Origin: Perna viridis
Lineage: Eukaryota
DNA: 64,000 nt
Direction: 5' to 3'
NCBI GenBank assembly: GCA_037379345.1
Contig: CM074525.1
Location: 24,979,840 to 25,043,839, forward strand
Both the position numbers and the translations under genes were made by a program. Shown piece by piece: positions 48,930 through 62,214 of the stretch (position 1 is its first letter; each line of letters opens with the position of its first letter). Below the pieces are notes generated by a model. It had not been told where the DNA came from, searched no databases, and was given only the letters and a program-made list of their open reading frames with translations.

Positions 48930-49980
48930 ATGGGTGACATCGTAATATTGCTAGTCATCTTCTGCGTAACACAAAGAAACCAAAGGTGAAGCTATTGCTA
49001 GTCATCTTGTCGCATAGAATTAAGAGGTGACGATATGGTTAGTCGCATAGAATTAAAAGGTGACGATATGGTTAGTCGCATAGAATTAAGAGGTGACGAT
49101 ATGGTTAGTCGTATAGAATTAAGGGTGACGATATGGTTAGTCGCATAGAATTAAAAGGTGACGATATGGTTAGTCGCATAGAATTAAAGGTGACGATATG
49201 GTTAGTCGCATAGAATTAAGAGGTGACGATATGGTTAGTCGCATAGAATTAAGAGGTGACGATATGGTTAGTCGTATAGAATTAAGGGTGACGATATGGT
49301 TAGTCGCATAGAATTGAAAGGTGACGATATGGTTAGTCGCATAGAATTAAAGGTGACGATATGGTTAGTCGCATATAATTAAGAGGTGACGATATGGTTA
49401 GTCGCATAGAATTAAGAGGTGACGATATGGTTAGTCGCATAGAATTAAGAGGTGACGATATGGTTAGTCGTATAGAATTAAGGGTGACGATATGGTTAGT
49501 CGCATAGAATTAAAAGGTGACGATATGGTTAGTCGTATAGAATTAAGGGTGACGATATGGTTAGTCGCATAGAATTAAAAGGTGACGATATGGTTAGTCG
49601 TATAGAATTAAGGGTGACGATATGGTTAGTCGCATAGAATTAAAAGGTGACGATATGGTTAGTCGCACAGAATTAAAAGGTGACGATATGGTTAGTCGCA
49701 CAGAATTAAAAGGTGACGATATGGTTAGTCGCATAGAATTAAAAGGTGACGATATGGTTAGTCGTATAGAATTAAGGGTGACGATATGGCTATATAGTAA
49801 TCTTTTGTGTGTAGCATATAATTAAAGGGTGACGATATGGCTGCCATCTTCTGCGTTTCGCATAAAATTGAGGGGTGACGAGATGGCGGTCATCTTCGTG
49901 TAGCGTAGAATTAAAGGGTGGCGATATGACTAGCCTTCTTCTGCATGTCGCATAGAATGAAAGGGTGACGATATGGCAGG
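48930..49980. repeat. Minisatellite 32-33 bp x~24 with longer diverged flanking monomers
   Basis: GTGACGATATGGTTAGTCGCATAGAATTAAAAG. Confidence 0.95.
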
Positions 49981-51139
49981 CCAAAACAGTAAGAAAGATA
50001 CGAGCAATAAATTAGTGAAATAAAAGGAACCAAATACACTTAAAATACAAGTTGAATTAAGAAGGCACCGACATGAAAATAAGTCCCAAACTTTGTTCAA
50101 GTTCAAGATACAAGTTAAAATTACTGAAAATAAATTTGTTGATACTATGAAAATCTATCATATGTAACCTGTTAGTCAGAAACAGATCATTCATTTCTCA
50201 ATAAGATCTGGATATCGGAAATAAAACCTTTTTTTTGGAATTTCCTTCCGGTAATGATTCCAGATTATCCAGACCTAGATGCAGTATACCGACATTTATA
50301 TAATGACTCTTAGGTCTAGTGAATGATAATGTGGAGGTCAACAAATAAGACGCGTGCCTGCTAAAATTACTGTCATGTCAGTCTTAATGGAAAGTAATTA
50401 TCAAATTTTATTCTCGCGAGAACGAGAATCGAATTGATAAAGAGGAGAGTTTAATCTGTTAACACGTGTAATAAAGATGTTGTGTTTTATTACAGTTACA
50501 GTGTAGATCAATAAGCAAGAATTACAACACTGATTTTCTTCCTAAAGATTAACACAAGCACAGCTACATGTATTGTGAAAAGTCATACGGTGGTAGCTGT
50601 GGCAATCAAACCCATGACCGTCAACACTCTAATCGAGTGAGCTAAAGAGTTATCCCCTATCGCATCAGATATGTGCCTTTATAGTACGACACATGTAACG
50701 CCTGCTTGGGTAACACGCCTTTCGTTGAAAGGAAAATATGTTCTTCATTGCAAAGAATTTAGAAACATTGTGGTATTTCTACTTAAATGACAGTTTATTG
50801 CATGCAGGAAATCGAACTGCTCACCCATTCGGAACGCTTAACACAGGGTATTTTTGTTGGATTCACCGTGTTACATGTAGTTTGATTTTCAAAGAAGACT
50901 AATAGTTACTTTTACATGCTCTTGTATAGAGAGATTGGAAGATCGACAAGCAAAGGTAATCACGCAGGAATACCATTATTCGAGGATCTTCCAATCGTCC
51001 TTCACAAAGTCCGCGGTTCCTTTATATCTTGTCCGTTGTCCGTTTGTTGTACTGAATGATCTCCTGTATATGAACCTAACTACGCAATGAAATACAAGTC
51101 TATGTAAGAATCAGGAAGAAGGGAAAAAAATCTGAAAAA

Positions 51140-51475
51140 TGCAAAAAACCACTCATCTAACTACAAATAATCTCTCTATCTGATATCAGCAGCAAAAACC
51201 CCACGATCTGACTACAAATAGTCTATCTATCGGATATCAGCAGCAAAAAACCCACCGATCTGACTATAAATAGTCTATCCGATATCAGCAGCAAAAAGCC
51301 CACGGATCTGACTACAAATAGTCTCTCTATCTGATATCAGCAGCAAAACCCCACCGATCTGACTACAAATAGTCTCTCTATCCGATATCAGCAGCAAAAA
51401 GCCCACCGATCTGACTACAAATAGTCTTTCTATCGGATATCAGCAGCAATAAGCCCACCGATCTTACTACAAATA
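51140..51475. repeat. Minisatellite ~46-50 bp x~6
   Basis: GATCTGACTACAAATAGTCTCTCTATCCGATATCAGCAGCAAAAAGCCCACC. Confidence 0.9.
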
Positions 51476-52892
51476 TTATTTTCACAAGCAAATTGAATAG
51501 AATATACATATATATAGCATATAAAATTACTCCATTCAGATAATGAAAATGAATGTATTCTCATCAAATAGTCTGATTGTTTTTACATACTGAATTCCCG
51601 CTAACTGTCCCCGGGTACAAACAATTTGTCTAAATATAAAAAATGTGCAAAGAGAGTTGAGGAGCTTTATGATTGAAGGACTTGATCCTGGTTTAGTCCA
51701 AGCCTGTACCATTAGGAATATTTCTGTTTGCTACTGTTATTTGATAAAATTAAAAGCTGTCATCAACAATGCTACGAATGTTTTGAACTATCGTTGTCAA
51801 TTAATTGTGTATAACAGTATTGTTCACAGGTACATATGGTCAAATAAATTCATTCGGATATGACCTCTTGCCCATTTCGCTACGCATTGTCGAAGAGTAC
51901 AAAACAATGACTTGACAATTTTGGAAAGGCTTTTCTTTATTACATAATATCACTGTAATAAAAGTTTCTTGGACAGAGAAATATTGACTCGAAAAGATAT
52001 TAAAAGTGGATCTTTTCCAGAAATTACAGTGTTCTGTAGCTGAAATAGTGATTATTGTCCCGATCATGACAACATTGTACGTCTAAAAACCATCTGATCA
52101 ATCTACTACCAGACACAGTGGCGCTTTTGTCCAATTGTTAAGAGATCATCTTTACTTTATTCTAAGAAATGTACAAAACCAATATCTTCAATATAAAGAT
52201 AATGGGAATAAGTTTATATATCGTCAGAAGAAGGTTTCAGTGGAACGTTTTATGTAAGTAGACATAGAGAAAAGGATTCAAAATATTGATAACCCATGGT
52301 TTACATATCGAACATATTTACTGGTATACTTATAATTGCAATCCATAGTTTACTCTTATGTGACGCCGATGGAACAGGACATGCATGCTTACCCTTCCAA
52401 GAACCTGATGTCACCATGGTGTTTTGATGGGAGTATATATGCGCTTTAGTTTTTTTGTGTGTGCTGTCTTGTTTCAACATAACTGTATATGGATTTCATT
52501 TTGTTGTCTACATTATGTACTTGAGTCGTCTCTGTTTTTATATTTAAGGGCATGTCTCTGGAGTCGGGTGTCTCTGAATCACGCCTCTAGTTTGATGCTT
52601 CGGTATATATTGCCGAAATCCAAGGCCCACTGTCCAGAAAATAAAAAAAAATAAAAAACACCCACGTCGGCAAGGTCTCCTGCGCTCCTGCGCAGATCGT
52701 TTATTTGCTATATCAAAGCTTTACACCTCTGCTACGCTCTGTGATATATAAAGACCACCCCTTTATGCAAATGAAAACAGTACAACGGAAACAGATTCGG
52801 TGAAATGTAATGAGTAGTTATCATGCCTTTTGGATTTTTTTCTTATCACGCATAGCAGCCTATAATCTACTGGAGTGATACGAAGTGAAACG

Positions 52893-53013
52893 GTTATATG
52901 TCGGCGGAGGGGATTGGCTACGTACACTCATGTTATATGTCGGCGGAGGGGATTGGCTACGTACACTCATGTTATATGTCGGCGGAGGGGATTGGCTACG
53001 TACACTCATGTTG
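52893..53013. repeat. Perfect 39 bp x3
   Basis: GTTATATGTCGGCGGAGGGGATTGGCTACGTACACTCAT. Confidence 0.95.
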
Positions 53014-53169
53014 TTTTGACTGTTCAAATAGTTTCTAAAACTATTGTTCAACTAAATTGTTTGTTTACACACACCCAGACCAGTTGTTTGTCATCATCTA
53101 TCTACTGAAAATTTGGGAATTGCACAGTAAAATCAAAGTGTTTATAAAAGACAAACTCTCCTCCCGACC

Positions 53170-53251
53170 ATGAAGTCTGACAGTTATACGTCGTCTGAAA
53201 GCAACCACCGGACAGAAGCCACTAAAGGAATACAAATCAGAAGCATCTCTG
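53170..53251 (+). CDS. Isolated candidate first coding exon
   Basis: GACCATG start, MKSDSYTSSESNHRTEATKGIQIRSIS, G|GTAAGA donor; TATA-like motifs at ~52746 and ~53143; no convincing downstream exon. Confidence 0.25.
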
Positions 53252-56200
53252 GTAAGAAAGAATGTTTAACTTGTCAAAGGATACTGAACTGTCCCAAGAA
53301 CTGACCATTCACTTTTACATCCGGGTAATTTCAATATTTGTTTTGAAAACGAATATTTACGCTTACGCATGTACCGCTAAATAACTCTACCGGGGACGTA
53401 CATCTGCTACATGGGTTACAGCTTCGCTTGATGAAGCCTACTTTTTAAAAGAGAAATGATACACATTTTTACATGTATTCTAACTAATCCAATTATAATT
53501 GCATATTGAAAGCGGTAATATTGTGTGTAAAACTTCACATTGTTATGACACATGCGAATGATAATACAAAACAAAGGCTGATTGGAACATTTTCACGGTA
53601 AATGTTGTATCTGCTTTAGTCATATATTTACAATCGAAATCAAATTGAGCAAACTACTTTGTTGTCGGAGACTTCAAGAGCTTAATTAAAGGTGTGTTTA
53701 CATTTATTGATGACTTTTTGTTACGCTTCACCACATCCGTTCTTGGAACCTCCCTTCCAAATTCTACGGATGTCCGCCTGGTATACATTGTCTGTATCTC
53801 TATTAGTTCTTTATCGTTGTACCCAGATTTATACTGGCCCTCCTTTGATATTAATTAACTAACTCCCTGTTTTCATGACACGACCTTCGTCGTTCATCAC
53901 AGGGGGTGTCTGTCAAGAAGCGGGATCTGGTCATTCATGAACCCTCTAGTTTTAGTGGGGTTCGTGCTGCTTATCTGTGTGTAATTTAATGTATCCTTGT
54001 CAGTTTATATATATTCTCAAATGTGTTTTTGCTGATGGATGTCTTCTCTTTGATATTCCCTACTTTAATTGGCATTTTGGTATTTTCGATGTACGGTGTA
54101 CTCTTCAGACAGGATAATAAACCATCTATATACCGTGTTATAATGAGAAGACTGTTGTATGAAATTGTTGATTTATGTCTGTCGCACACGAAATGTAAAC
54201 ATGCCAAATCATTCATCCCTCTGACAAAAAACTGTCCCCTCGGAGTTACAATTTATTATTGATGTCATTCTACTGCAGAAAATTTAATTATTATCTACCA
54301 GTTCTTAAATCCAAATGGAGCATAAGACATAATCAACGCGGGAGTTTATTGTCTTCTGTCGTTTATGTTTCTTTATTACAAGCCCTTACGAATTCTACCA
54401 CGGTATCATTATATGGTAAATTTCATTTCTGCTGTCGGCAGTTTTACATTTTTACTGTTTTGTAGACGCTGCAGTATTTCAATGAAAGTTTATAAACAAA
54501 ATTGTCAAATTTATGACATTTTACGATGGTATCACACTCATGCACCAGAAAGATTCATCGTACATTTCATTTCTTTTGTCGATCCACAGGGTGTTGCTTC
54601 CACTCTCAATTTATATACTAGACGGGCTGCATATTATCATTGTAGGAGGAAGTCATTGTGGTCGAAGGTTGTAAACCCTTGAATGATTTCCAGAAGACGC
54701 CATCTGGAAACTAGCATTTCCATAAAATTTGAAAAAAATCAATCATTTTTCTCAGAATGACTCAGCTAGTGTCCACCTTGTCAGGAATGGGCCTTTTTGC
54801 AATGTCGAAAATTTGAAGGTAATAGTATGTAACTGTTCATTATACTTATAATTCTAATTACTACATCAAGACATTGGGGAAAGGTCAACATAATATTGTC
54901 CTACCCATTTTTGCATTGCATCCTTAGACAAATTCAATTAAGATAATGGTTGCTGAAGATAAAACTTCCATTTCTGTTGAAATGAAACATCCTATATTTT
55001 CGTCTGCGAAAAGTAAAAATGAACTACTGCCGACATCAGAAACGATACTCCGTCCGTCCGACTGTTCACAGACGCGAGACACCCCTTCCACATAAAATGA
55101 AGCTTTGAAGGATTCCAATTTCTCTCACTATAATGTTGTAGGCCACGGAATGAATCCTCTTTTGGTTTGTAATTGGTATATTTCTTTTCGCGAAACCCTA
55201 GGAAAGAGCATATTACGTGATATATAGAGCAATATTTAATTATTTAGTATTTCACTGTGATGTGGTATATAACAGCTTGCAGTAATACATTCCCAATTGC
55301 TGGAAATATATTAATTTTGTAGTGGTTTAATTCTTCGGACATTCATCATGAAACCGGAAAAATATTTATACACTAATAACTGTTATGGCAATATATAGGG
55401 GAGTGCAATCTGGTGGCATATGAAGGGGAGTAGAGTCTGGTGGCATATGAAGGGGGTGCCATCTGATTTCAGCCCATTTCAATACGTATAAAATAGTTAT
55501 TTAAATGAGTGTCTCACCATGCCTTCTGTCCGTTTCACTGGTAAACTGGTGTTATCATAATCCACTGAAGTATACAAAGTGTCATGTTTTAACATGATAT
55601 AGATATACGCTGATTACAGGTAACTCCTTTGATGTTTATCTCTACAGGTGAAATACACGTGGAATCGTATCCACTACTTCATCCAAACATGTATCATCTT
55701 TGACATATTAAATTATAGTGTCCGTTCCGTCACATTTTATTACCTCAAGAAGGACGTCAATTTACTGTAAAACGATGAGTATAACCATACAAACATTGAT
55801 GAAGATTGGGGATTCTCGGTACTTCTCGGTAATAGTAAAGATGAAGTTCGGGGATTCTACGGACTTCTCGGTTTTAGGTTACAGACCACCAATTCAACCA
55901 ATGAGCATTTGGAACGTACGCAAAAATAGTCCTACGCAGAAATTACCCCTGTTCCTCATAGTGCTGTGAAAAAAGTTCTCATCTTATTTAAAAAATTGAA
56001 ACAGTTTCTGAAAGGAAAAACATTTCTGTACATTTTATAGGTGCATTTTGCTTCATGTGATGTGAAGCCTAATCTCCATAATGATTTTTAAATATACCCC
56101 TATCTTGTGAAAACACTGGGATTTCCCATGCTATTTATAGACCCTTCACTTCCGGTGACCAGTACTGCACTGCAAGTCTGCTAACCCCACATGCCATTCT

Positions 56201-56339
56201 GAGGATTGTGAGCTGACATATGTAGAATCATGCTGATATATAGTCATCTGCAGGTTAAAGTTAAGGTAAAGTCCAGAGAAGCCATTGAATATTGTGAAAT
56301 TAGCATAGAAGCCTATGGGAAGTGGAATTAGTGGTTTTT

Positions 56340-56620
56340 AGCCTAATAGTAAAGATGAAGATTGGGGATTCTGCGGACTTCTCGGTAACAGTAAAGATGG
56401 GGTTCGGGAATTTTGCGGACTTCTCGGTAATAGTAAAGATGAAATTCGGGGATTCTACGGACTTCTCGGTAATATTTAAGATGAAGATTGGGGATCCTAC
56501 GGACTTCTTTGTAATATTAAAGATGAAGTTCGGGGATTCTACGGACTTCTCGGTAATAGTAAAGATGAAGTTCGGGGATTCTACTGTCTTCTCGGTGATA
56601 GTAAAGAAGAAGTTCGTTTC
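56340..56620. repeat. Minisatellite 39 bp x7; two more units at 55797-55872
   Basis: TAATAGTAAAGATGAAGTTCGGGGATTCTACGGACTTCTCGG-like; explains the spurious ORFs 56300-56693. Confidence 0.9.
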
Positions 56621-57373
56621 GATTTCTAGACTATCAACATTGATGAAGTCCAAATTTTCCCACACACTATATCCCTTCATTTTATCAATTTAGATCGAAA
56701 ATCAGAATTGATATAGCAGTCGCCAGAGATTTGTAAAGCCTGATAGCATCTGCAATTATCTTACACTACCGCAGTAAAATAGTTCCATTGGTATACCCCG
56801 TTTATGTTCCAAGGCAGATAGTTTGGTCCATTTAGACTAAGGCATAGGAATTTTGATGATGCATTTCTCGGAAATAGTGTCAGTGTGTGGTCTGGTGGTA
56901 TTGCTTTTTTGTAATAATCATTCTATTGGGCTATTTTGGCCATGTGTAAAGATAATAGAGCTGCAGATACTCCAGGGCCTTAAAAGTGCGTTCCTAGTGT
57001 TGTCTATACGTAATTGTTGATATTGTATTTTAAGACTTTTGCAATTATGTAAATGTACATGTGTCTGGAACTAAATACCCAAGCAACAAAGCACTTTAAA
57101 TGACACATAGGTCTATATGCGATAATCTTGTAGCACGTGAGCTATAAAGCTGATCAACTGAGCAATGTTGCTAGTTGAGAGGGACATGCATCTTAGGAGA
57201 TGGTTTATTTTAATAATTGTGGTGGTTTAAGTTTGAATGATTTGACCGACAGTTTCGGTCTGGAGGTTGATAAAATTTCGACTTGAAAATATTTAGAAAC
57301 TTGGAAAGGCCGATTAGTAGTTTGTAGTTGAATTTCGCAGAATGTCGGAAAGTTTTGTGTTCATTCATCTATA

Positions 57374-57981
57374 CTCGGCGTCACATAAATAACATACTGT
57401 TAAAATTTGAATAAAAAGACTTTATTGACAACTACCGTCGTTTAAATTGTCTTAAATGACTTGCTCATTCGTTTAGCCAAACGTCTTCTCCCTAAACATT
57501 GAATCGTTAAATACCGGTCAGATTTTAATTCTCGGTGCCAATATTTACATTGTAAAAAGTCGGCCATGTTTACAGTGATCGGGTTGCTAGGAGATGTTGT
57601 TTACGTTTAAATGGTTTGTCCAAAAACCGAAGAACCCAGAATGCATTTCGGCGTTATTTCGGATATCTCGGATTTATTTTACGCGAACAACGTACAATAC
57701 CGAGAAGTTGATCAAGCAGACGATTGTCACCGGAGTTCGACGGGAACTTACGAAATTCGTTTGTAAACAAATCGTTCCGTAGAAACCAACATGGCGGATA
57801 TTAGTATGGGATTTTCCCGTAAGGATTTGTTACGCATGATTTAAGCTAATAAGCGACTTGTTTAGGGAGAAGCCGTTTGGCTAAACGAATGAGCAAGTCA
57901 TTCAAGACAATTTAAACGACGGTATGTGTCAATAAAGTCGTAGAAATATTTTTAACAGTATGTTATTTATGTGACGCCGAG
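57374..57981. mobile_element. MITE with ~125-bp TIRs and TA TSD (Tc1/mariner-type target)
   Basis: TA|CTCGGCGTCACATAAATAACATACTGTTAAAA...CTTCTCCCTAAACA and its inverted copy ending ...GTGACGCCGAG|TA. Confidence 0.85.
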
Positions 57982-59249
57982 TAAAGGTGTTCCATGTAAA
58001 CCGACTTCTGCTGTACTGTTACACTGCATTATGAAATTGGTGTGTGTTTTGTCAACGTAATCAGAATGCAATTGATTAAGGGATAAAAATTCAAACGGTC
58101 GATATAAATTGATTCAGTACATGAGTACTTTGATTAAGTCTAACATTGTTAGCGACTTCTTGCTCTCGTAATTTCAGTATTTTAAATTCACATATGATTT
58201 GCATAGTTATATATTACTACACCACCTTATGCTCTGATTGGTGCCGTAAAACGATCAATTCTAGCGTCATTCGAGATCAAAATTTACCTCTTAAATATCA
58301 GTCATACACATGTGTTCTACGTATGAGAACCTGAAGTTTACATTAAAAGATGAAATGATCGGTTGGCATTGAACGCGTAATATTACTCGTCTCTGATTCG
58401 GACTATGCTGCAGTTGTTTTTTTTTTTCAAGTCACATATTCTAATACAAGGATTCAATTTCACTTGGACGGAAGAATGGGGCAAAAGAAGGGGCAATCAA
58501 TGTCCACTGCCGGCATTGAAACGAATGGGGGTTCAAATTCTTCGAACGGCATTGAAAAAAAACTAAATTAGCGTTTCTAGTTCAGAAGTTAAGTTTCGAC
58601 TTACAGGGATTGCTCGAGATTCGAGTTACAGGGTGGTTTCCAAACAAAAGCTCTTAAAATTAAAAGGCCAAGATGACCTCTTTTTATCGTGTGCATAAAT
58701 GACAGTGTCCTGTGTCCCTTTCACAAAGTTCATACAGGGTTCAGAGGTTTGTTTAAAATGTTAAACGAGACAAAAGGCCGTATTACAATATTAATGTCAT
58801 TTTTGTATATGTCGAGTTTTATTAGGTTACACTGTAGTGTGTGTTCATAAATCTACAGTAATCTGTTATCTGTGGACCAGTTATTTCATTCTAAACGGTG
58901 CTGGCAAATTTTGCGGGGACGGAGTATATTTTTCTTTAAATTTTGCAGGTCAAAAAATTTATTTTCAACCATACCGGGGCAAGATTATTTATTTCCATTC
59001 CACTGTATTAATTATTTTCTCTCGGAGGTGTAGGCCAGAATTTTTATTTCCAAAAAAAAACTGCCAGTCCCCCTCACTCGGAATCAAATTGTCGTTCTCT
59101 TAGTGTAAGCGTCATATTTGACAGAGGGCCGTAGGTCAAGTCAAATGGATTGACGATACTTTGGTTTTTTAAGTGTTTCATTTGGTTAATGGACCTTTCT
59201 AGTATTACTGGAAAAACGACCAAAGTTATGATAATGGCAGGTATATAAT

Positions 59250-59500
59250 GTCAGTTCCATCGATATGTCATATCCGTCGGTAAGTTAAGTCCATCGGTAT
59301 GTCATATCCGTCGGTAAGTCAAATCCATCGGTAAGTCAGATCCATCCGTATGTCAAATACATTTATATGTCATATCCGTCGGTATGTCAAATCCATCGGT
59401 ATTCCATATCCGTCGGTAAGTCAAACTCATCGATAAGTCAAATCCATCGGGTTGCAAGATCCATCGATATGTCAGATGTGTCGGTATTTCAGGTTCATCT
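59250..59500. repeat. 17-bp minisatellite
   Basis: TCCATCGGTATGTCATA / TCCGTCGGTAAGTCAAA. Confidence 0.85.
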
Positions 59501-61014
59501 GTTTGTCAAATGCGCCGGTATTAAAAAATAATTTGGCCTTATAGTACCCGGTTTCTGTTCTTCCCTCAAACAGTAGCCCTAAGAACATTATTTACATTTT
59601 CGCCTGTGATAACTTGTTATTTATCTTAATCATTCGATTAACCCTTGAGACCATTATGTGTTATCTTAACACTTGGTTATCTGTCCTTTATCCATAGAAA
59701 GAGGCGTACACTTGTATCTCTTTTCACTCATCATTTACTCTTGAAGGTGGTCAATCATCGAAACAGAAATATGTTGAGGAACATCTAAAATGACGTTTTG
59801 TCTCCTTGTAGCTGAGAGATATGTTGGAAAAATGATACAGATGAAACAAATTGACGGAAGGAGGTCAAGAATGAGGTCAAGATGGGAGGAAAAACGAAGA
59901 CAATGGATGTAAAACATGTTGACGTAAGCTTATTATAGACGATCGATTTAAGTCGAACATACATTCGAACAATAAAATTGTAGTTATAATGACAAAATCG
60001 GAGACTTGAATCCTCTCTCTGGTACACCAGGAGTGGGCATGTCGTTTTGGAACCAGTATAATTGGGAAGAAGACACTAAGGGAACCAGTGCTTACGGAAC
60101 GAAAATGCAGTTCACTTGTTAGAAAATATAGAATAGCTCCAGTCTAAAAAAAGTACCCACTTAGAAGTAAGTATATCAGTTTTAGCACAATTGTAGCCCT
60201 AACAGTGAAGTTTATATTTTGTTATGTAACTAAAGTCTGGCTTAGACGAATTCAGTCCACCCAACATTATGCTCGAAAATTCTAGTTGATTACATATATC
60301 TAGAAATCACTTTTCAGTTGGCTGTTCTTAAACAGTACAGTTTCGTTATATTACCATTAGAGTTTATTTTTATGCTTCTTTTGGTAAAATGATTATAAAG
60401 TTATGAAATGCTCGTCAAATTAACATTGCAGGGGAAGATAACTCAGTCAATGAGTCATTTTTTTTTAAATAAAAAATTCTAATGATGCAAATATTAAAGT
60501 GGTCATTTCAAATCGAGGCTATGAATGATATGTTACATGCGCATTGTCTGATTGCATGGTGGTTTTTGATCTGCATGTTTCAGACTCCCGCCCCCCCCTC
60601 CCCCCAATTTTCCGGATCCTGACAAGAAAGTGTACTGAGCAGACTTTTTCGTCGAAAGGTCGCATTGTTATGATGTCCTTTCTTTCACTTACCCGAAGAC
60701 TCTTATTTTACAAAATGAAGAAGATTGGGGAAAATTTTCCTGAACATAAATAAGAATGAAATATTTAAGTAGTAGTCTTTGTAAGAATCATGCAAATTCT
60801 GTAAAATATGATACACACCAAAAAAGGCTGCACATTTTGATTTTTGTTATTAAGTTGCTTTAAAGGTCTGTATGATGAAATATATAATTATTAATAACAA
60901 TCTGTCTGCTCTTAGGAGATAATCCACATTGAAAATTCAACAGATTTCTATTTTATAATGCATATTAAATAGAGATTGTAGTTCCGTTCCTTCTACAACG
61001 TTAGATTGAGATGT

Positions 61015-61480
61015 ATGAATTCGCAGACTTAAGCTTTTTTGTATCGCGCTAGACTTCTGACAATTATGCATCTTGGACAAGGTTATGTTGCTACAAGACT
61101 GAAGTCATTATTACAGAAGTTTTATGGTCGTCATCATGAACTCGTGGATCCTCACGGTACCCATCTGCCCTATGAAAACTGATTTGTTCAACATATCATA
61201 GTTTTCCTTTCCTCTTTCGTCTACCCCGGAATTGACTTTTTTTATGAGCAACTCCGCGGAATTTTCTAGGAAATCAGAGGACGCTTATCCTACCGGTACA
61301 CCTGGTCCATGCTCCTAGTGGAGTCCGAGTTGCTCATTTACTTTAGTTACTTCGTATGTATTATTTTGGTTTATTATGTTCCTGGTTGTGATCGTCTGTT
61401 TTCCATGTCTGGTGACTGGTCTTTGTCCCTGGATTACATTCTTTTGATTTCCACTAGAATCTTGGTTTCCTTGATTATTC
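61015..61480 (+). mobile_element. Penelope-like retroelement 3' fragment
   Basis: Highly similar to 9410-9850 (GYVATRLKSLLQKFYGRHHELVD plus 3' UTR). Confidence 0.85.
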
Positions 61481-61739
61481 TTCCATTCATGGGTCACAGA
61501 TTTTAGAAATATGGGTTTACGGAGTCGAATTATAACCGACGAGCAGAGCAAGGGGCGAATAATTTTGCGTTAGAACAGGGTTATTTTTGTGTGCCCAGTA
61601 AGCAATGTATAAGGGGAGGTAATTCAATTCTTAACCCGCAGAAATAAATTGAAATTAGTATAAACATGACTTTTGTGAAGGTTAACCAACCAATGAGTAT
61701 ACATTAGTAGCACCTAGTAACACGCCCAGTAATCGCTGT

Positions 61740-62214
61740 CCCCCGTGCAGGTCCGGGTTTTAAAAGAATAGGCCTGCAGCAGCGCTGAGCTTGTCGTAAA
61801 AGGCGACTAAATAGTGCTCAGATCCCTAGCCGGGGGCTAGGGCGCTCTGCCCACAGAGCAACTGGGATGTGTGCCCCAGGTGGTGGAATGGGGTACCCCT
61901 GGTGTGTTACATGCTGGGGTTGTCAAGCTATAATACGGAAAACCTGACCGCAAACCATAGTGGTGCACCGTGTTGGGAAAGATGCCACGTTCCTCGCACG
62001 TTAAAGAACCCTACTGTGGTATTCTCCCGGAGTAGGGACCATAGGGCTCCGCCACAGGAGGCTGAATTGCCCGGCCCTACCCACCTCTCCTTATTTCCAG
62101 CGGCAATTAAAATTTGTCGACCCCATTGTCCTTGTGTCCCATTCCTTTTTCATTTCATCATCATTTCATATTCATTTTGTCATCAATTTCATGTTCATCG
62201 TTTGAATATAACAA
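61740..62214 (+). mobile_element. SINE-like retroposon with a structured non-tRNA head and 12-bp TSD
   Basis: AGTAATCGCTGT direct repeat at 61728-61739 and 62215-62226; GC-rich, hairpin-rich body; the 3' part is homologous to 11692-11785. Confidence 0.8.

Noticed and set aside
49015-49790. CRISPR-like regular repeats (also 21938, 34005, 63050)
   Set aside because: The units are head-to-tail with no unique spacers, there are no cas genes, and the context is eukaryotic. These are minisatellites.
56300-56693. Repetitive-protein ORFs on both strands (also 28407-28951, 34184-34528, 49622-49825, 52860-53108)
   Set aside because: These are artefacts of tandem units with lengths in multiples of 3 or lacking stops; there is no splice or start context.
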